The position numbers and the translations under genes are program-made. Below are positions 1 to 12,062 of a DNA stretch of 64,000 bases, in pieces. Positions within the stretch are counted from its first letter, which is position 1, and each line of letters starts with the position of its first letter. The stretch is from assembly GCF_009914755.1 (NCBI RefSeq), contig NC_060928.1. The stretch is one strand, 5' to 3'. This DNA comes from the human T2T-CHM13v2.0 reference genome, Homo sapiens. The notes under the pieces were generated by a model. That model was given only the letters and a program-made list of their open reading frames with translations, searched no databases and was not told the origin of the DNA.

Positions 1-194
1 TGAAAAAAGGAAAGTCATGAAGACTTCAAGTCTCAGAATCATCTTCAATTGTTTTCTCCTCCCTCATTTCTATCCCAATAAATTAGCAAATCTTATCAAT
101 CCCACATCTTCATCATCTTGTGCATCTACTAGTAGCTGCTATTCCAAAGTCAGGTAGTTCAAATTTTTGTTACCTTTCTTAACTATATAATAGC

Positions 195-196
<2 letters not shown>

Positions 197-240
<44 letters not shown>
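197..240. repeat. (TA)n microsatellite
   Basis: Uninterrupted TA dinucleotide run of about 44 bp. Confidence 0.95.
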
Positions 241-245
<5 letters not shown>

Positions 246-729
246 ATGCTATATATATAAAATATATTAATAGCATCATAAAAGCATCCTTCATCCAGAT
301 CCTCTTCCTTATTGCTATGTTCAACCAACACATTTTTACCTATTTTCCTTAACACATGATTAAGTCATTCACTCTTTGATGGCTCCTCATTGTATCCCTT
401 CCCCCTACACATATGCACACACACCCACACACAGACACCCCTTCCCCTAGACTTCAACATTCTCCACTATTATTCTTACTATTGAGCAAAAAGAGAGAAA
501 TTGGAGGTTATTCTTCTACTGCTGGTTCAACATTTTATTTGTTCTTCTTTGACTGCCAACTTCTTCACAAGAGTCCCCACAAGTAAAGTAATGCTATGCT
601 CATTCCTTCAGTTGTTCAGACTAAAAACATTTTAGCCTATGATTTATTCTTATGAAAGGAGTCTAAAAATTAAGCCTAAAATTATGATAAAGTCCAAAGT
701 ATTTGATTGTGGGTGGGATTTCATGATAA

Positions 730-1086
<357 letters not shown>

Positions 1087-1128
1087 AGAAACATCTCAAT
1101 TTTCTATTCACATTGGAACAAAGGGAAT

Positions 1129-1511
1129 TGTATCAGGCCATTTTTGTGTTGCTAAAAAGAAATACCTGAGGCTGGGTAATTTATAAAGAGGTTTAATTGG
1201 CTCATGGTCCTGCCGGCTGTACACAAAACAAAGTACTGGCATCTGCTTCTGGTGAGGCCTCAGGAAGCTTACAATCGGCGTGGAGGGCGAAGAGGTGCCA
1301 GCATGTCATATGGTGAGAGTGGGAGCAAGAGAGGAAGGAGGGAGGTGTCACACACTTTTAAACAAGAACTCAGGATCACAAGGGCAGCACCAAGCCATTC
1401 ACAAGGGATCCACTCCCATGACTAAAACACCTCTCACCAGGCCCCACCTCCAACACTAGGGATTACATTTCATCATGAGATTTGGAGGGGACAAACACCC
1501 AAACTATTTCA
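1129..1511 (-). mobile_element. MaLR solo LTR (MSTA/MSTB-like)
   Basis: tgtatcaggcc...gaaatacctgaggctgggtaatttataaag...ccaaactatttca; near-TSD ggaat/ggatt. Confidence 0.9.
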
Positions 1512-1834
1512 GGATTTCATCATCTGTCCTAAATGAGTAGCCAGAACTTGGTGGCTCCATGGATCTGTGGAGGATTTCCTGAAAGACCAAATTTCAGTAG
1601 ACATACAAAAGAGCATCTTTCTGATCTGCTGCCCGAGGCCTAATAATTCTTTCTCTGGAGACATGTCAGATATTGACCTTCAAACCCATCCTCTGGGTCT
1701 TCAATCCAGTTGGACTAACACAGGACTGTAGGAAAACCCATCATGATACTAATGATCCAAGAAAGATTTCCCCATAATAAGAATTCTCCTTTCTAGACAG
1801 TTATAAAGACACTAAAGCATAATAGCAGAAAAAG

Positions 1835-1960
1835 TATGTATGAGCTTAGGAGTATGAAGACTTTTTGATTTAAATAGTAGATTTGTGATATTGAGCTTAA
1901 TATTGTGACATTTAGCCAGTATGATCCTCAGTTTCCTCTTCTATTAAAAAAGCAGCTATA
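1835..1960 (+). mobile_element. MIR fragment (appears to resume at about 2460-2550 after an LTR)
   Basis: cctcagtttcctcttctattaaaa MIR core-like; 3' part gcctcatgcatagtgagttttcaataaa. Confidence 0.5.
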
Positions 1961-1979
1961 ATTAAATATATGAAACTCT

Positions 1980-2430
1980 ATAAATTGGGGTCTGAACAAG
2001 AACACAGAAATTATTTCGAATATGTTTAATAGAGGGAATGTAGCACAGGGAACTGGTTATACAGGTGATGAAGATTATAAGCCAAACAGCAGACAATGGG
2101 GTAATCCAGTCATGAGCAAGAGCAGGGAGTTTCACCATCCCTTGACTGGAGGGACTAAGGGAGGAGAGAACCTTAGTTATTTTGGAACCTCCAGTGGAGC
2201 CACCAAGTGGAAGTTTGAACCATGGCCTGCCAGTCCTGGGAGCTGGAGCCATAGAGAAGATGCAGCCCAAGGCAGAGGGGGAGCAGAGAAACAGATTGGC
2301 TCCTCTCTCCACCCTCACCTCCATCAGTGCCTGAATGCCCAGACCCGACCCAGAACCAGTGGCCAGGAGAGGCTGCAGTCTCCCTGTAACACTGACAGAG
2401 CAGAGGGAGGGTGAGGTGGGATCCAAGAAC
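1980..2430 (-). mobile_element. Ancient LTR (old MLT1-like)
   Basis: ggggtctgaacaagaacacag...agagggaatgtagcacagggaactggttatacaggtgatg resembles old MaLR LTRs; subfamily uncertain. Confidence 0.45.
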
Positions 2431-3269
2431 AGTAGCCCCAAGACCTGTCCAAGACTCCATAAAATTACTGTGAGAATTAAAGACGACATCATATAAAAGC
2501 ATCCATCACAAGGCCTCATGCATAGTGAGTTTTCAATAAAATGTTCATTTGATTATATAGTGCCATCCAAATAGAGGGCATGATAACTCACAATGTTACC
2601 AAATCTATTGGTACAAAGGAAGGCTGCTATTACCTTTTCAGGAATAGTGAAAAACAAAAACAAAAAGCCCTTCAGCAAAAATACATTACCAGCTTCCAAA
2701 GGAGAAGCTGCAGATGGTATTTGTGATTTCCACAGAAGTGTCTCAGTTAAATTAATTACTTATCTATTAAATGTTTAAGCTGGTAGCTCTTTTTGTCTAA
2801 TGTGATCACTTCATGCAGAAATCAACAACCAATTAAATCAGAACAAATGACTAGTTAATCTCTAAGGTTGCTTCTGGCTCTACGGTTCTGATTGTTCAGT
2901 TGCATCAATGATAAAATGATAAGAGGTTTTGAGTTCTGCCATTCCTCAGTCCAGAGTGTAACCTGAATCAGTATCAAGAATACATTGTCTTCCAAATATC
3001 TCAAATACACACTAGGCAGAGTAGAATTTATTTTAATTTTCGTAGCTTTAAAGAGGACTTTTCCAAGATGATTTACTTGAGAAATGCATTTTTCCATACC
3101 ATAAATGAACACTGAAGAGACCTACAGTTTGTTTTAGGTTTTCTCTGCTCATAATGCAAATATTTATATATTCTGGATATGATTTGGTATGGATTTCTTA
3201 TGCATAAACATTGGGGAATATCTTCTGAATAGTGATGTTCTTTATTATCATCAACATCATCATAATAGA

Positions 3270-3505
3270 TCATATTCATATGGTGCTTATAGTGCCTGGC
3301 ATTATTCTGGGTATTTTACATATATAAACTCATTTAATTTCAAGTTTATGAGGTAGGTACTATTATATTTCCCATTTTACAGATAAGGCAACTGAGGCAC
3401 AGAGAGGTTAAGTAACTTGCTTATGGTCACAAAGCTTTTAAGTAGGAGAGCTGGTATCTAATCATGGCAGCCTGACTCCAGAATTCAGGCTCTTAACTAT
3501 GGTAC
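3270..3505 (-). mobile_element. MIR (MIRb-like)
   Basis: cccattttacagataaggcaactgaggcacagagaggttaagtaacttgc MIR core. Confidence 0.92.
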
Positions 3506-3639
3506 TAAGCTGAGGAGGAATAGAAGGGGATACACACATTCTAACAAAGACAATGATAAGCCAGGCTCCTCTCATTTTTATAGGGATGCCTTTCATGACT
3601 GACCCCTGCCCACTCCTTCAAAATTAACTTGTCTTCCAG

Positions 3640-4125
3640 TCCCCTCTCTCCCAACTTGAACCACAAAGGTCTCCATTCCCCCCTCATTATCACCAATATC
3701 CTTTCCTCCACAGGGCCTTTGCACAAGCTGCTCCCTCTGCCTGGAATGCTCCTATCTCCTTTCACCTGGTTGAACTCTCTGTCCCTCAGATCACCGAACA
3801 AGCTCTCTCTGGCCATGCTGAACCCTCATAATAGCTCTTGTGGTCCAGGGCACCTCTCTTTCCTAGCCCTCTTTACAGTTACAATTTGACATTTGTTTTA
3901 TGTAACTCGTGTCTAATTAGCTTCCTGTAATATCCCCTATGCCTAGAACATAATTATCATTCAATAAATACTTATTGACTGGCTTATTGATTGAGTAAAT
4001 AATATTTGTCACCTCATTGGACTATGAACCTCATGAAGGAGGAAACCATGTTTATTCTTCCACTGTATTCTCAGCACCCAGTAAAATGCCTGACACATGA
4101 GATAATATCTACTGAGCAAATGTCT
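3640..4125 (+). mobile_element. L2 3' end fragments
   Basis: agggcctttgcacaagctgctccctctgcctggaatgct; tcaataaatacttattga; cagcacccagtaaaatgcctgacaca. Confidence 0.75.
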
Positions 4126-5167
4126 AAACCAGAGCACAGTTTTGTTACCTCTATGACAATTATTTCCCAGGACCCTTAAAAAAATAACCTTCAATTCTTT
4201 TCGTTTCCAGACAAAAACTCCAATATAAACAGAAGGCAGGGATTTCACCATTATCTCCAGGTGGCCAAATCTGATAGAACATGCAAAAGCTAGATTTCAG
4301 CAGGGACCTCCAGGACTCACCCATCTCCTCCACATGCTGCCTGCCTTCCTGAACAGGAACTCAGGGACGACATCAGTGCAGTTGAGTTTGTATCCTCTGT
4401 CGTCCTCTGACCCCACTCCCACCACCATCCTCCACCTCTTTGATGTCCATCTTAGACTACACATGTGCTTCTAATAAGTGCAATTCTGAAGAAAAGAAAA
4501 GGAAAAGTGAGTGCCATCTGGCATCATTGGTTTTCATGGCTTTGTGTATGTTAAACTCAGTATATCTATTGATATGAATAGATATGAATATGATATGAAT
4601 AGAAAAGAAAGGAAAGGAAAAGAAATCACCAAATGGGTAATCACATCTCCAGACAACTTCTGACAAGATACTTTTCTTCAAGCAAAAAGAATGATAAACA
4701 AGACTCCCTCTGTCTTTGATGGGGCACAGGATGACTGAGTATGACTTCAGGATCTGTCACCATTGTCACAACCCCTTCTGAAAGCTAGAACTATCTGCTG
4801 ACACTGGGCCAACCTTTGCTACTAAAAGAAATCAAAACTCCCCCTCTCTCTCAATTTGTAGAATATGGCAATCCTTTCCTTGTATGAGCAGAAGGCAGAA
4901 CTTCATCACTCTGGGTTTGAAAGCACCCCTGACCCCTGACCCAAGGGAAGCTTGGAACTCGCATTTCAGCTGGGAAGGGTTGCTGACCTCTGGCCTGGAA
5001 AGCATGAAGCCACCTCAACCCACCACCAGAGTCAGTCCTTATGATGGATTCTTGTGATCCCTCTTTCTTCTTGGAGCAAAGACTATCTTCAAAATAGCTG
5101 AACAGCTACAGGAGTTGCCAGCAAAAACTGAAATCCAGTCTTTTCTACTGAAAATGAAACCAAGCGG

Positions 5168-5490
5168 ATTTAAGTAAGCCAGACACAAAAGAACAAATAT
5201 TGTATGATTCCACTTATGTGAGTTATATAGAGTAGTCAAAATCATACAGACTGAAAGGAGAATGGCCAGGGGCAGGTGTGGAGTAGAAGGTGGGAAGAGG
5301 GAATGAGGCATTATTGTTTTATGGGCATGAAGTTTCAGCTTGGGATGATGAAAAAGTTGTGGAGATGGGTGGTGATGATGATTACACAACAATGTGAATG
5401 TACTTACTGCCACTGAGCTGTCCACTTAAAAATACAATAAATAGTAAATGTTATGTTATGTACATTTACCATAATTAAAAACAAAATAAA
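5168..5490 (+). mobile_element. L1MB-type 3' end
   Basis: taagccagacacaaaagaacaaatattgtatgattccactt...ggtgatgatgattacacaacaatgtgaatgtactt; A-rich tail. Confidence 0.88.
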
Positions 5491-5669
5491 ACAAAGGCTT
5501 TATGGAACTTGTCCTGGACATTTTAACACTTTTTAAAAGCTCTGTACGTTTACTGGCCCCAACAGTTCTTAAGGTTAAAACAAACATACAAGAAATCTTC
5601 AAGTCCTTTCCTCTTGAGGAATCTCCTTTGTCACATTTCTATTACACTTTAATACAGGAGCTTTAACAT

Positions 5670-6030
5670 GATTTCCTTATCAATCAGACTACATTGATAA
5701 CCCCAAACTTCAGTAGCTTCAAATAACAGAAGATTATGTCTTGCTCTCTCTCTACAGGTCTGTAGTGGGTCACTAAGGAGATTCCATCAGGGACCTGGGC
5801 TGATGAAGCAGTCCCATTCACCATGTGAGCAGGAAAGGAGAGTGTTGCAAAGCACACACTGGCTCTTAATGCTTCTGCCCAGAAAAGACCTGTTTCTTTT
5901 CCATGCTTACTTCATTGGCCCAAACAGTCATAAGGCCACACCTAATTCAAGGGAGTGTGGGATGCAGTTCTATATTGCACTGCACATCTGGAAGGAGAGT
6001 GAGATGTGGAGTGCCCGTGTGAATCCCACA
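5670..6030 (-). mobile_element. Old MaLR LTR (MLT1I/K/L-like)
   Basis: aaccccaaacttcagtagcttcaaataacagaag...ttcattggcccaaacagtcataaggccacacctaattcaaggg. Confidence 0.7.
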
Positions 6031-7210
6031 AAGTCTTTCTGACCACTCTAGCCTCTCTCTAGGTTTTGCACATATCTTTGCATTATTTCTGAAGTTCATT
6101 TTAGTTATGGTTTATATTATAGCACACCTATATATAATTATACATATGCAATGATGTAAATTATAATATATATCACACTCACAATAGAACAAAACCTGGT
6201 CCCACCATCAGAGGACATTCCCAGCATTCTGCCATGTGTATCATCCCAAAGTTGAAGGACAGTGAATTCACAGGCTGCTCTGTCAACAAAGGAGAAGGAG
6301 CATCTCCTCCTCCCATCACCTCCTCAACTCTGTTCTGGCCTTGAGCCCAGAAGTCAGAGGAACCCAAAGCATTAAAAGATAGATTGCTAAATGCTTTATT
6401 TGGAGAAGTGAAAATGCAGTCTTGGCCTCAGAGGAGAAAAAGCTTTAAAAGAAAATAAACCTATCCTTGACATTGATTTACTCTAGGCTTACTGGTCTCA
6501 TAAGACTGAGAAGCTGCAACATATTTTAGAGGTGCTAGAGATTCCATAAATCCACAAGGATGGCCTTCATCCACTGACAGTGAGTTCAAGTGCAGAGCCC
6601 CAAGCAAAAACCTCTGATGGTTCTATAATGGCAAGATAAACATCCCTGTCATAGAAGAGCCTCCCCATCCGGACGCTCAGAAAAGCAGGACAAGCTCAGA
6701 CAGCAGTGAAGCCCAAGCCATTCACTCAGAGTGCACTAAAATGACAGGACTTCTCAGAGGTTAGAGCATCACACTAAATGTGCAGGACAGAAATTAGTGA
6801 AAGACATGTACATGGAGACCTCTCTACATGTATACCTATGCATACACACAGTCAAATGCAGATTTACAAAACCTTCGTTTGCTGACCTCCTGTCCTCTGT
6901 AACTGTTTATTTGCTTTGTAGCAATATAGTCAATGTTAAAAAAGCTCACACCATCATACCTCATGTCTTCATCCAATATATCCAAATATTAATAGCAGAG
7001 AAACCCTGGCCCTGTTTTATATTGCTTGCTAATAATAGTTTTGAGAAGATTTTCAAGTATCTCTGGCACATGAGCAAAATGTTATAACAACCATTAGCTA
7101 AAGCAGGAAAATAAATTTTATAAAGTATTAAATTTGGTCTTTGATGCTGACCAAATAGCAGTACCAATAATACGAGTCAACACATGAGCATATTCGGCAA
7201 CTCTATTACA

Positions 7211-7342
7211 TTTTTCTTAAGGTATAGACAGGATCCCACTGTGTTGCCCAGGCTTGTCTCAAACTCCTGGCCTCAAGCAATCCTCCTGCCTTAACCTCCC
7301 AAAATGCTGGGATTACTAGCATGTGCCACTTTGCCCAACCCC
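7211..7342 (-). mobile_element. Alu monomer (FLAM_C-like)
   Basis: tgttgcccaggcttgtctcaaactcctggcctcaagcaatcctcctgcc; single monomer. Confidence 0.88.
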
Positions 7343-7619
7343 AGCAACCACTTATTACTTTGGATTTTATTGTTGTTGTTTCCTTCTTGGGATTTATTAA
7401 ATTGCACAAAGAAACATCTCAGTCCCCAGTCATAAACTCAGCTGTTGTTTGAGGTTCATGTATGCACTGGCAAACTCCTAGAGAAAGACTAATTTTTAAA
7501 TAAATCAACAAAAAATTGCATTAAAATTAAATTAATTAAAATTTTAGGGAGGGATAATCTAAGGGTCTGAGAAACAAGCAAAATTGAATTATCTTATACT
7601 GGAGGTCTACAAAGCAAGG

Positions 7620-7870
7620 GGAACAGTAATAAAAGTTTTAATTTTGAAGTCACAGATGTAGGTTTAAATAATTGTCCTGACATTTACCAATAGCAAGATA
7701 ATAACCACGTCATAGGGCCACACAAAGTCTCAATTTCTTCACCTGTAAAATAGAGAAAACAGCATCCAATTCCCACAATTGATATGAGAATTAAATAAAA
7801 TAATCCACACAAAGCCCTTAGTAGAATGCCTAGTACATAGCAAGTGCTCAGCAAAGGCTATATGTTACCA
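7620..7870 (+). mobile_element. MIR
   Basis: tctcaatttcttcacctgtaaaatagag...cttagtagaatgcctagtacatagcaagtgctca. Confidence 0.8.
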
Positions 7871-8484
7871 CTGATAGTATTTGATAGATTTACAAGGAAG
7901 GGAATTCTTTAACTAAAATCAAGAGATGTCTTGACAGTTATCCAAGTGTCCCAAGATGCTGAAAGACAATGTGAATCTGACATTCTCAGTAGCATAATTT
8001 TCTAGCTTCACAGTGTATTCACCGGGAGATTGGAGGTAACAAATCTGAACTCCTGGCTTTGGTGTCTATTTGATGTGCACAGAAAACAGTGAGTTTTTGT
8101 TTGTAGAGATTGTTCTGTTGCTTGAACTACAGGGAAAACCAGTGGGCACAATTGTTAATAAAGCTGTACCTCTGGCCTGCAGGCTTCCTGAATATCAATG
8201 GGTATTTAAGAGAAGGGGACCATAGTTTTCATGGATACAAACAGATTAATGACAAGAAGAAAACTTGGGAGAGATCAAGTGTTTTCTGTGGCCTCCTCTA
8301 ACAGACTCATAGCCATGGGTGCTACTGTTTTGGAAACAGAAAGACCTGCATTTAGATATTTCTTTTCAGTGTCTTCTCTTTTTAACTAATGATGTCCCTA
8401 TAACATGTCCTTTCATCTGGCCCAATAGCCTGAGGAATCTTCCTAAATTTCTCATGAGGAAGTAACTCAACCTTCAGTTCTTAG

Positions 8485-8661
8485 CCCTGGTTCTTAGGCT
8501 CATCCGCAAATTAGAATCACCTGGGGAGCTTTTGCAATTCCTGATGCACAGGCCACACCCAGACCAATTGAACCTGACTCTCGGGAGGAGGAATCCACCC
8601 ATCTGGAAGTTGTAAAGCTCCCCAGATAATAACAATGTGCAGCCAATGTTGAAAACCACAG
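8485..8661. mobile_element. MER5A (hAT-Charlie MITE)
   Basis: ttagaatcacctggggagctttt...ccacacccagaccaattgaa...aagctccccag...ttgaaaaccac. Confidence 0.88.
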
Positions 8662-8931
8662 TTGAGCTAAACAATGTAGATATCATTATGTCTCACAATA
8701 CATTGTGAAAACAAAGACAAGCCCAAATAGAGGTTGGTAATCAGTTAATCCTGAAGATTTACCCAATAAATTGACAAGTCAGATGTTGCTGGCAATCAAA
8801 TTGATGTGCACACACACACACACACCCTTCTACCTGCCCTAGTTTGTTATGATTACCATCTGGGAGAGGTATTTCTGCCCCTCTTTCTTCTCAGGAAGTT
8901 TACCGTCTGTACACATCTCATACCCTCAACC

Positions 8932-9051
8932 AGAGATGGTAACCTTTGAGATACAGGAAAATAAGCAGGTAAGGACCTTTTTAGATTAACTCCTCACCAA
9001 AGAGATGGTAACCTTTGAGATACAGGAAAATAAGCGGGTAAGGACCTTTTT
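8932..9051. repeat. Tandem duplication, period 69 bp
   Basis: 8932-8982 and 9001-9051 are identical at 50 of 51 positions. Confidence 0.95.
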
Positions 9052-9879
9052 TTCCTTCCTCCAGTAGATGAGGGGCAGAATAAGTAGATCTGGGTGGTCT
9101 CAAAGTCACATCAGAGCAGAAAGGATATTAGGAGAGATAACCCCACCTTCTGTATTTGCCATGTAAAGCACTCAAAAGATAAGCTACATCAGCCATCTTA
9201 TGAAATGAGAGAAGACGAATTTTAATCTAACTTGTATTTTAAGGACTCCAACTTGATAAAGTTGAGAATATTCATGTTTTATTTTTCAGCTTTCAGACTG
9301 AGCAAGGACACAGAAAGCAGTGAATCCCCTTCACTTCTACTTCTGAGCCACAGACAATCACAGATAATCCCTGACTTCCCTCCCTCTGCTGTAACTCAGA
9401 AACTAAGACTGTGGATTTGCTTGGCCCCTTCCTTCAAACCAGTTTGTTTGCATATTTTTGCCTGGTTGAAAACCATTTTTGTATTTTCTCTGGCCCAGTT
9501 CTTGGCAACAGAGTCTCCTCCGTGACTGGGGTTGAGAATAGTGAAACAGAGACAGCCTTTTGCCTGGCACGTGGACTTCCAGTCCACGGGACTCCAGGTG
9601 AAGGCACCTGCTTCAAAGGCAGCAAGAGGAGCCGGGGAGAGAGACAAGCAAATGCAGTGACAGGGAAAGAGACAGTCTAGGAGTGGCCTTGGGCCTCTCG
9701 TGGTTGCCTGATTCAGCTTGCATATGCAGAAATGAAAAACAGCTTCCCATGGAAAACAGGGTCTCAATTTGAACATATGTGTAACAATAGACTGCTGTGC
9801 CAGGGGAGTGGGAGCCTGGTTAATTTTTCTCTGAGGGCCCCACAGAAGATGGTTTGGGAGCCAAAGCCCTGAGGGTTTA

Positions 9880-9988
9880 TGGACCATGACAGATGGCCAT
9901 CCCCATACGGTCCACAGGACCATTCTGTGTCCTCCTGGACCATGACAGATGGCCGTCACCATACAGTCCGCAGCACCGTGTCCTCCTG
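9880..9988. repeat. Tandem duplication, period 56 bp
   Basis: tggaccatgacagatggcc...gtgtcctcct starts at 9880 and again at 9936. Confidence 0.92.
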
Positions 9989-10417
9989 TGCCTCCTCATC
10001 TGTGGCCTCTTCCCCCTCTCTTTCCTTCCTTTTATTCCCAGGGCTGGTTCAGGGTTTATAATCATCAGGCTGACTATAAAGCACCCAAGTATTTTCTTTT
10101 CTCTTCAGGATTCAGAGAGTGTCCTCAGTTCTAAAGTCCCTTTAGTAAGCAAATAATCACCTAATTTTACAGACTTTAGGCCCAGTTCTTATCTTTCTTA
10201 AGACTAGTCTTTTTAAATCCTCTTTAATTTGTTCCTCTAGTCTAGTTTCTGGCCTGCTTCTTCTGTTTCCCTTTCCACCTTTTGTCTCCAGCTCTTGGTT
10301 ATTGAAACCATCAGCATTATTTTGACAACAGTAGTGCTATTTATTTGTTCCCCTATTTGTTAGGTGCTGGGTATTTTATTGTTGTTGTTCTTTTTAATTT
10401 TTTTTTTTTTGGTCAAT

Positions 10418-10560
10418 TCCCTCTCCATGACTCAGTTTCCTTATCTGTAAAATAGGGATAATAATAAAGAGCTATTGTAAGGATGAACAAGTTAATTTTT
10501 GTAAAACACTTAGAACAGTGCCTGTATGTAATAAGTGCCAAACATGTATGTAAAAGTAAG
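10418..10560 (+). mobile_element. MIR fragment
   Basis: ctcagtttccttatctgtaaaatagggataataata...cacttagaacagtgcctg. Confidence 0.85.
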
Positions 10561-10743
10561 TAAAAATAGCTTACTGTTATTTACAGTAAGCTGTTGGCTT
10601 GGAAATACAAGTGGGGTCAGAGGTGAGTGGAAGAAGTGGAAAATGAGTAGAAAGCAGGAATATTTTGAAAGTCTACCTGATAAATACAGTTCATAGTAAT
10701 TCTTACATAATTTTACTGGGCAAGAAGTTCAAAATTCAAGACA

Positions 10744-11111
10744 TATATTAGTCTCTTTTCACACTGCTATAAATAACTACCTGAGACTGAATAATTTATG
10801 AAGAAAATAAGTTTAACTGACTCACAGTTATGCAGGCTTAAGAGGAAGCATGACTGGGAGGCCTCAGGATACTTACAATCGTGGTAGAAGGTGGAGGGGA
10901 AGCAAGCACATCTTACCATGGTGGAGCAGGAGAGAGAGAGAAAAGAGGGAAGTGCCACACACTTTCAAACAATCAGGTCTCCCGAGAACTCACTCACTAT
11001 CACAAGAACAGCAAGGGGAAAATCTGCCCCCATGATCCAATCACCTCCCAACAGGCCCCTCCTCCAATTCAACATGAGATTTGGGTGGAGACAGAAATCC
11101 AAACCATATCA
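10744..11111 (-). mobile_element. MaLR solo LTR (THE1D/MSTA-like)
   Basis: tattagtctcttttcacactgctataa...gagaactcactcactatcacaagaacagcaaggg...ccaaaccatatca. Confidence 0.92.
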
Positions 11112-12025
11112 TATATTTTGGATTACTTTCCCAAAAGGCCATTATATTATATTTGTCCAAATTTTAGTAGCTTTCGCTCCTTTCACTTAACCTGGAGAGA
11201 CTTGCCTTATAACTCAGACCCCTAAGTTTGGTGTTTCATTTTCTGGAGGTGCTCAATGTTATCATCAAGTTATGCACTGAAGTAAGTTTCTCCATATCTT
11301 TACTGCTGAATGTGTCTTCTGACCTACCAGTGTCTGAAGGGTCAACTGAGTCCCTAGAAGAATGTCTACTTTTCTGTATAAAGAGACCTTTCATTAGACC
11401 CTGGCAACATCTAAAATGTGCTCCTTTAATTCTTTCTTCATGCACATAATTTATGGTCTGTGTGCAGCTTCCCACACATCGGGTGCTTTCCAGTGACCTC
11501 CCATAGGCTAACTCTTCGTTTTTTGGAAGATGTTTTTCTCATCTACTCTGATGACCAGCTGCCCTCAGCCAGGTGGCCACAGAGGGCTGTTACCCAAACA
11601 CCTGGCTATTTTGATCTGCCACACACATTTTTCCAGGACTTATAATAAGGCTTTTAAAAAAAATAGTGGTCAAATTTCCTTTTCATTTTCTCTTCTTAAT
11701 GACTAAGCCCATTGCCTCTTTCTGTGTCTTTAGGAAAATCAGACCCACAAAGAACCACCCTCAACTCCAAACAAGAGCAGACTACTGAGCAGATTTGGGA
11801 CACATGACATTCCAGCTATTCTTCCAGCTTAATTTAAGTGAAGTTGCTACATTATTTCTTGCTTATGATCTCCTATTAAATGAATATCATATTTTTCTCA
11901 GCAGCTGAATGTGCCAGCAATCCCTCAGGCAATGTCAACATGGAGCTTCCTGTATGTTCCAGGAATGGTGCCTAGGAGCTGGGGATAACCTAGACACAGC
12001 CTCTGCTCACCTGTAACTTAGAACA

Positions 12026-12062
12026 CTATCTTTGGCCGCAAGATAACTTTGATAAGAGATAA
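12026..12062. promoter_or_regulatory. Cluster of four WGATAR motifs (candidate GATA enhancer)
   Basis: ctatct 12026, agataa 12041, tgataa 12050, agataa 12057; function is inferred only. Confidence 0.3.

Noticed and set aside
1962-2519. Overlapping ORFs of 185, 130 and 109 aa
   Set aside because: They lie within an old LTR/MIR region and show no recognisable domain or exon structure
9270-9600. Possible exon from acceptor ttttatttttcag (about 9288) to donor cag|gtgaag (about 9598)
   Set aside because: Splice-like motifs this weak are common; no coding or transcript support is visible
9396-9962. 188-aa minus-strand ORF
   Set aside because: Non-ATG start inside the 56-bp duplication; no protein-family resemblance
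8932-9988. Direct repeats as a possible CRISPR-like array
   Set aside because: Only two copies each, adjacent tandem duplications in primate DNA, with no spacer series or cas genes
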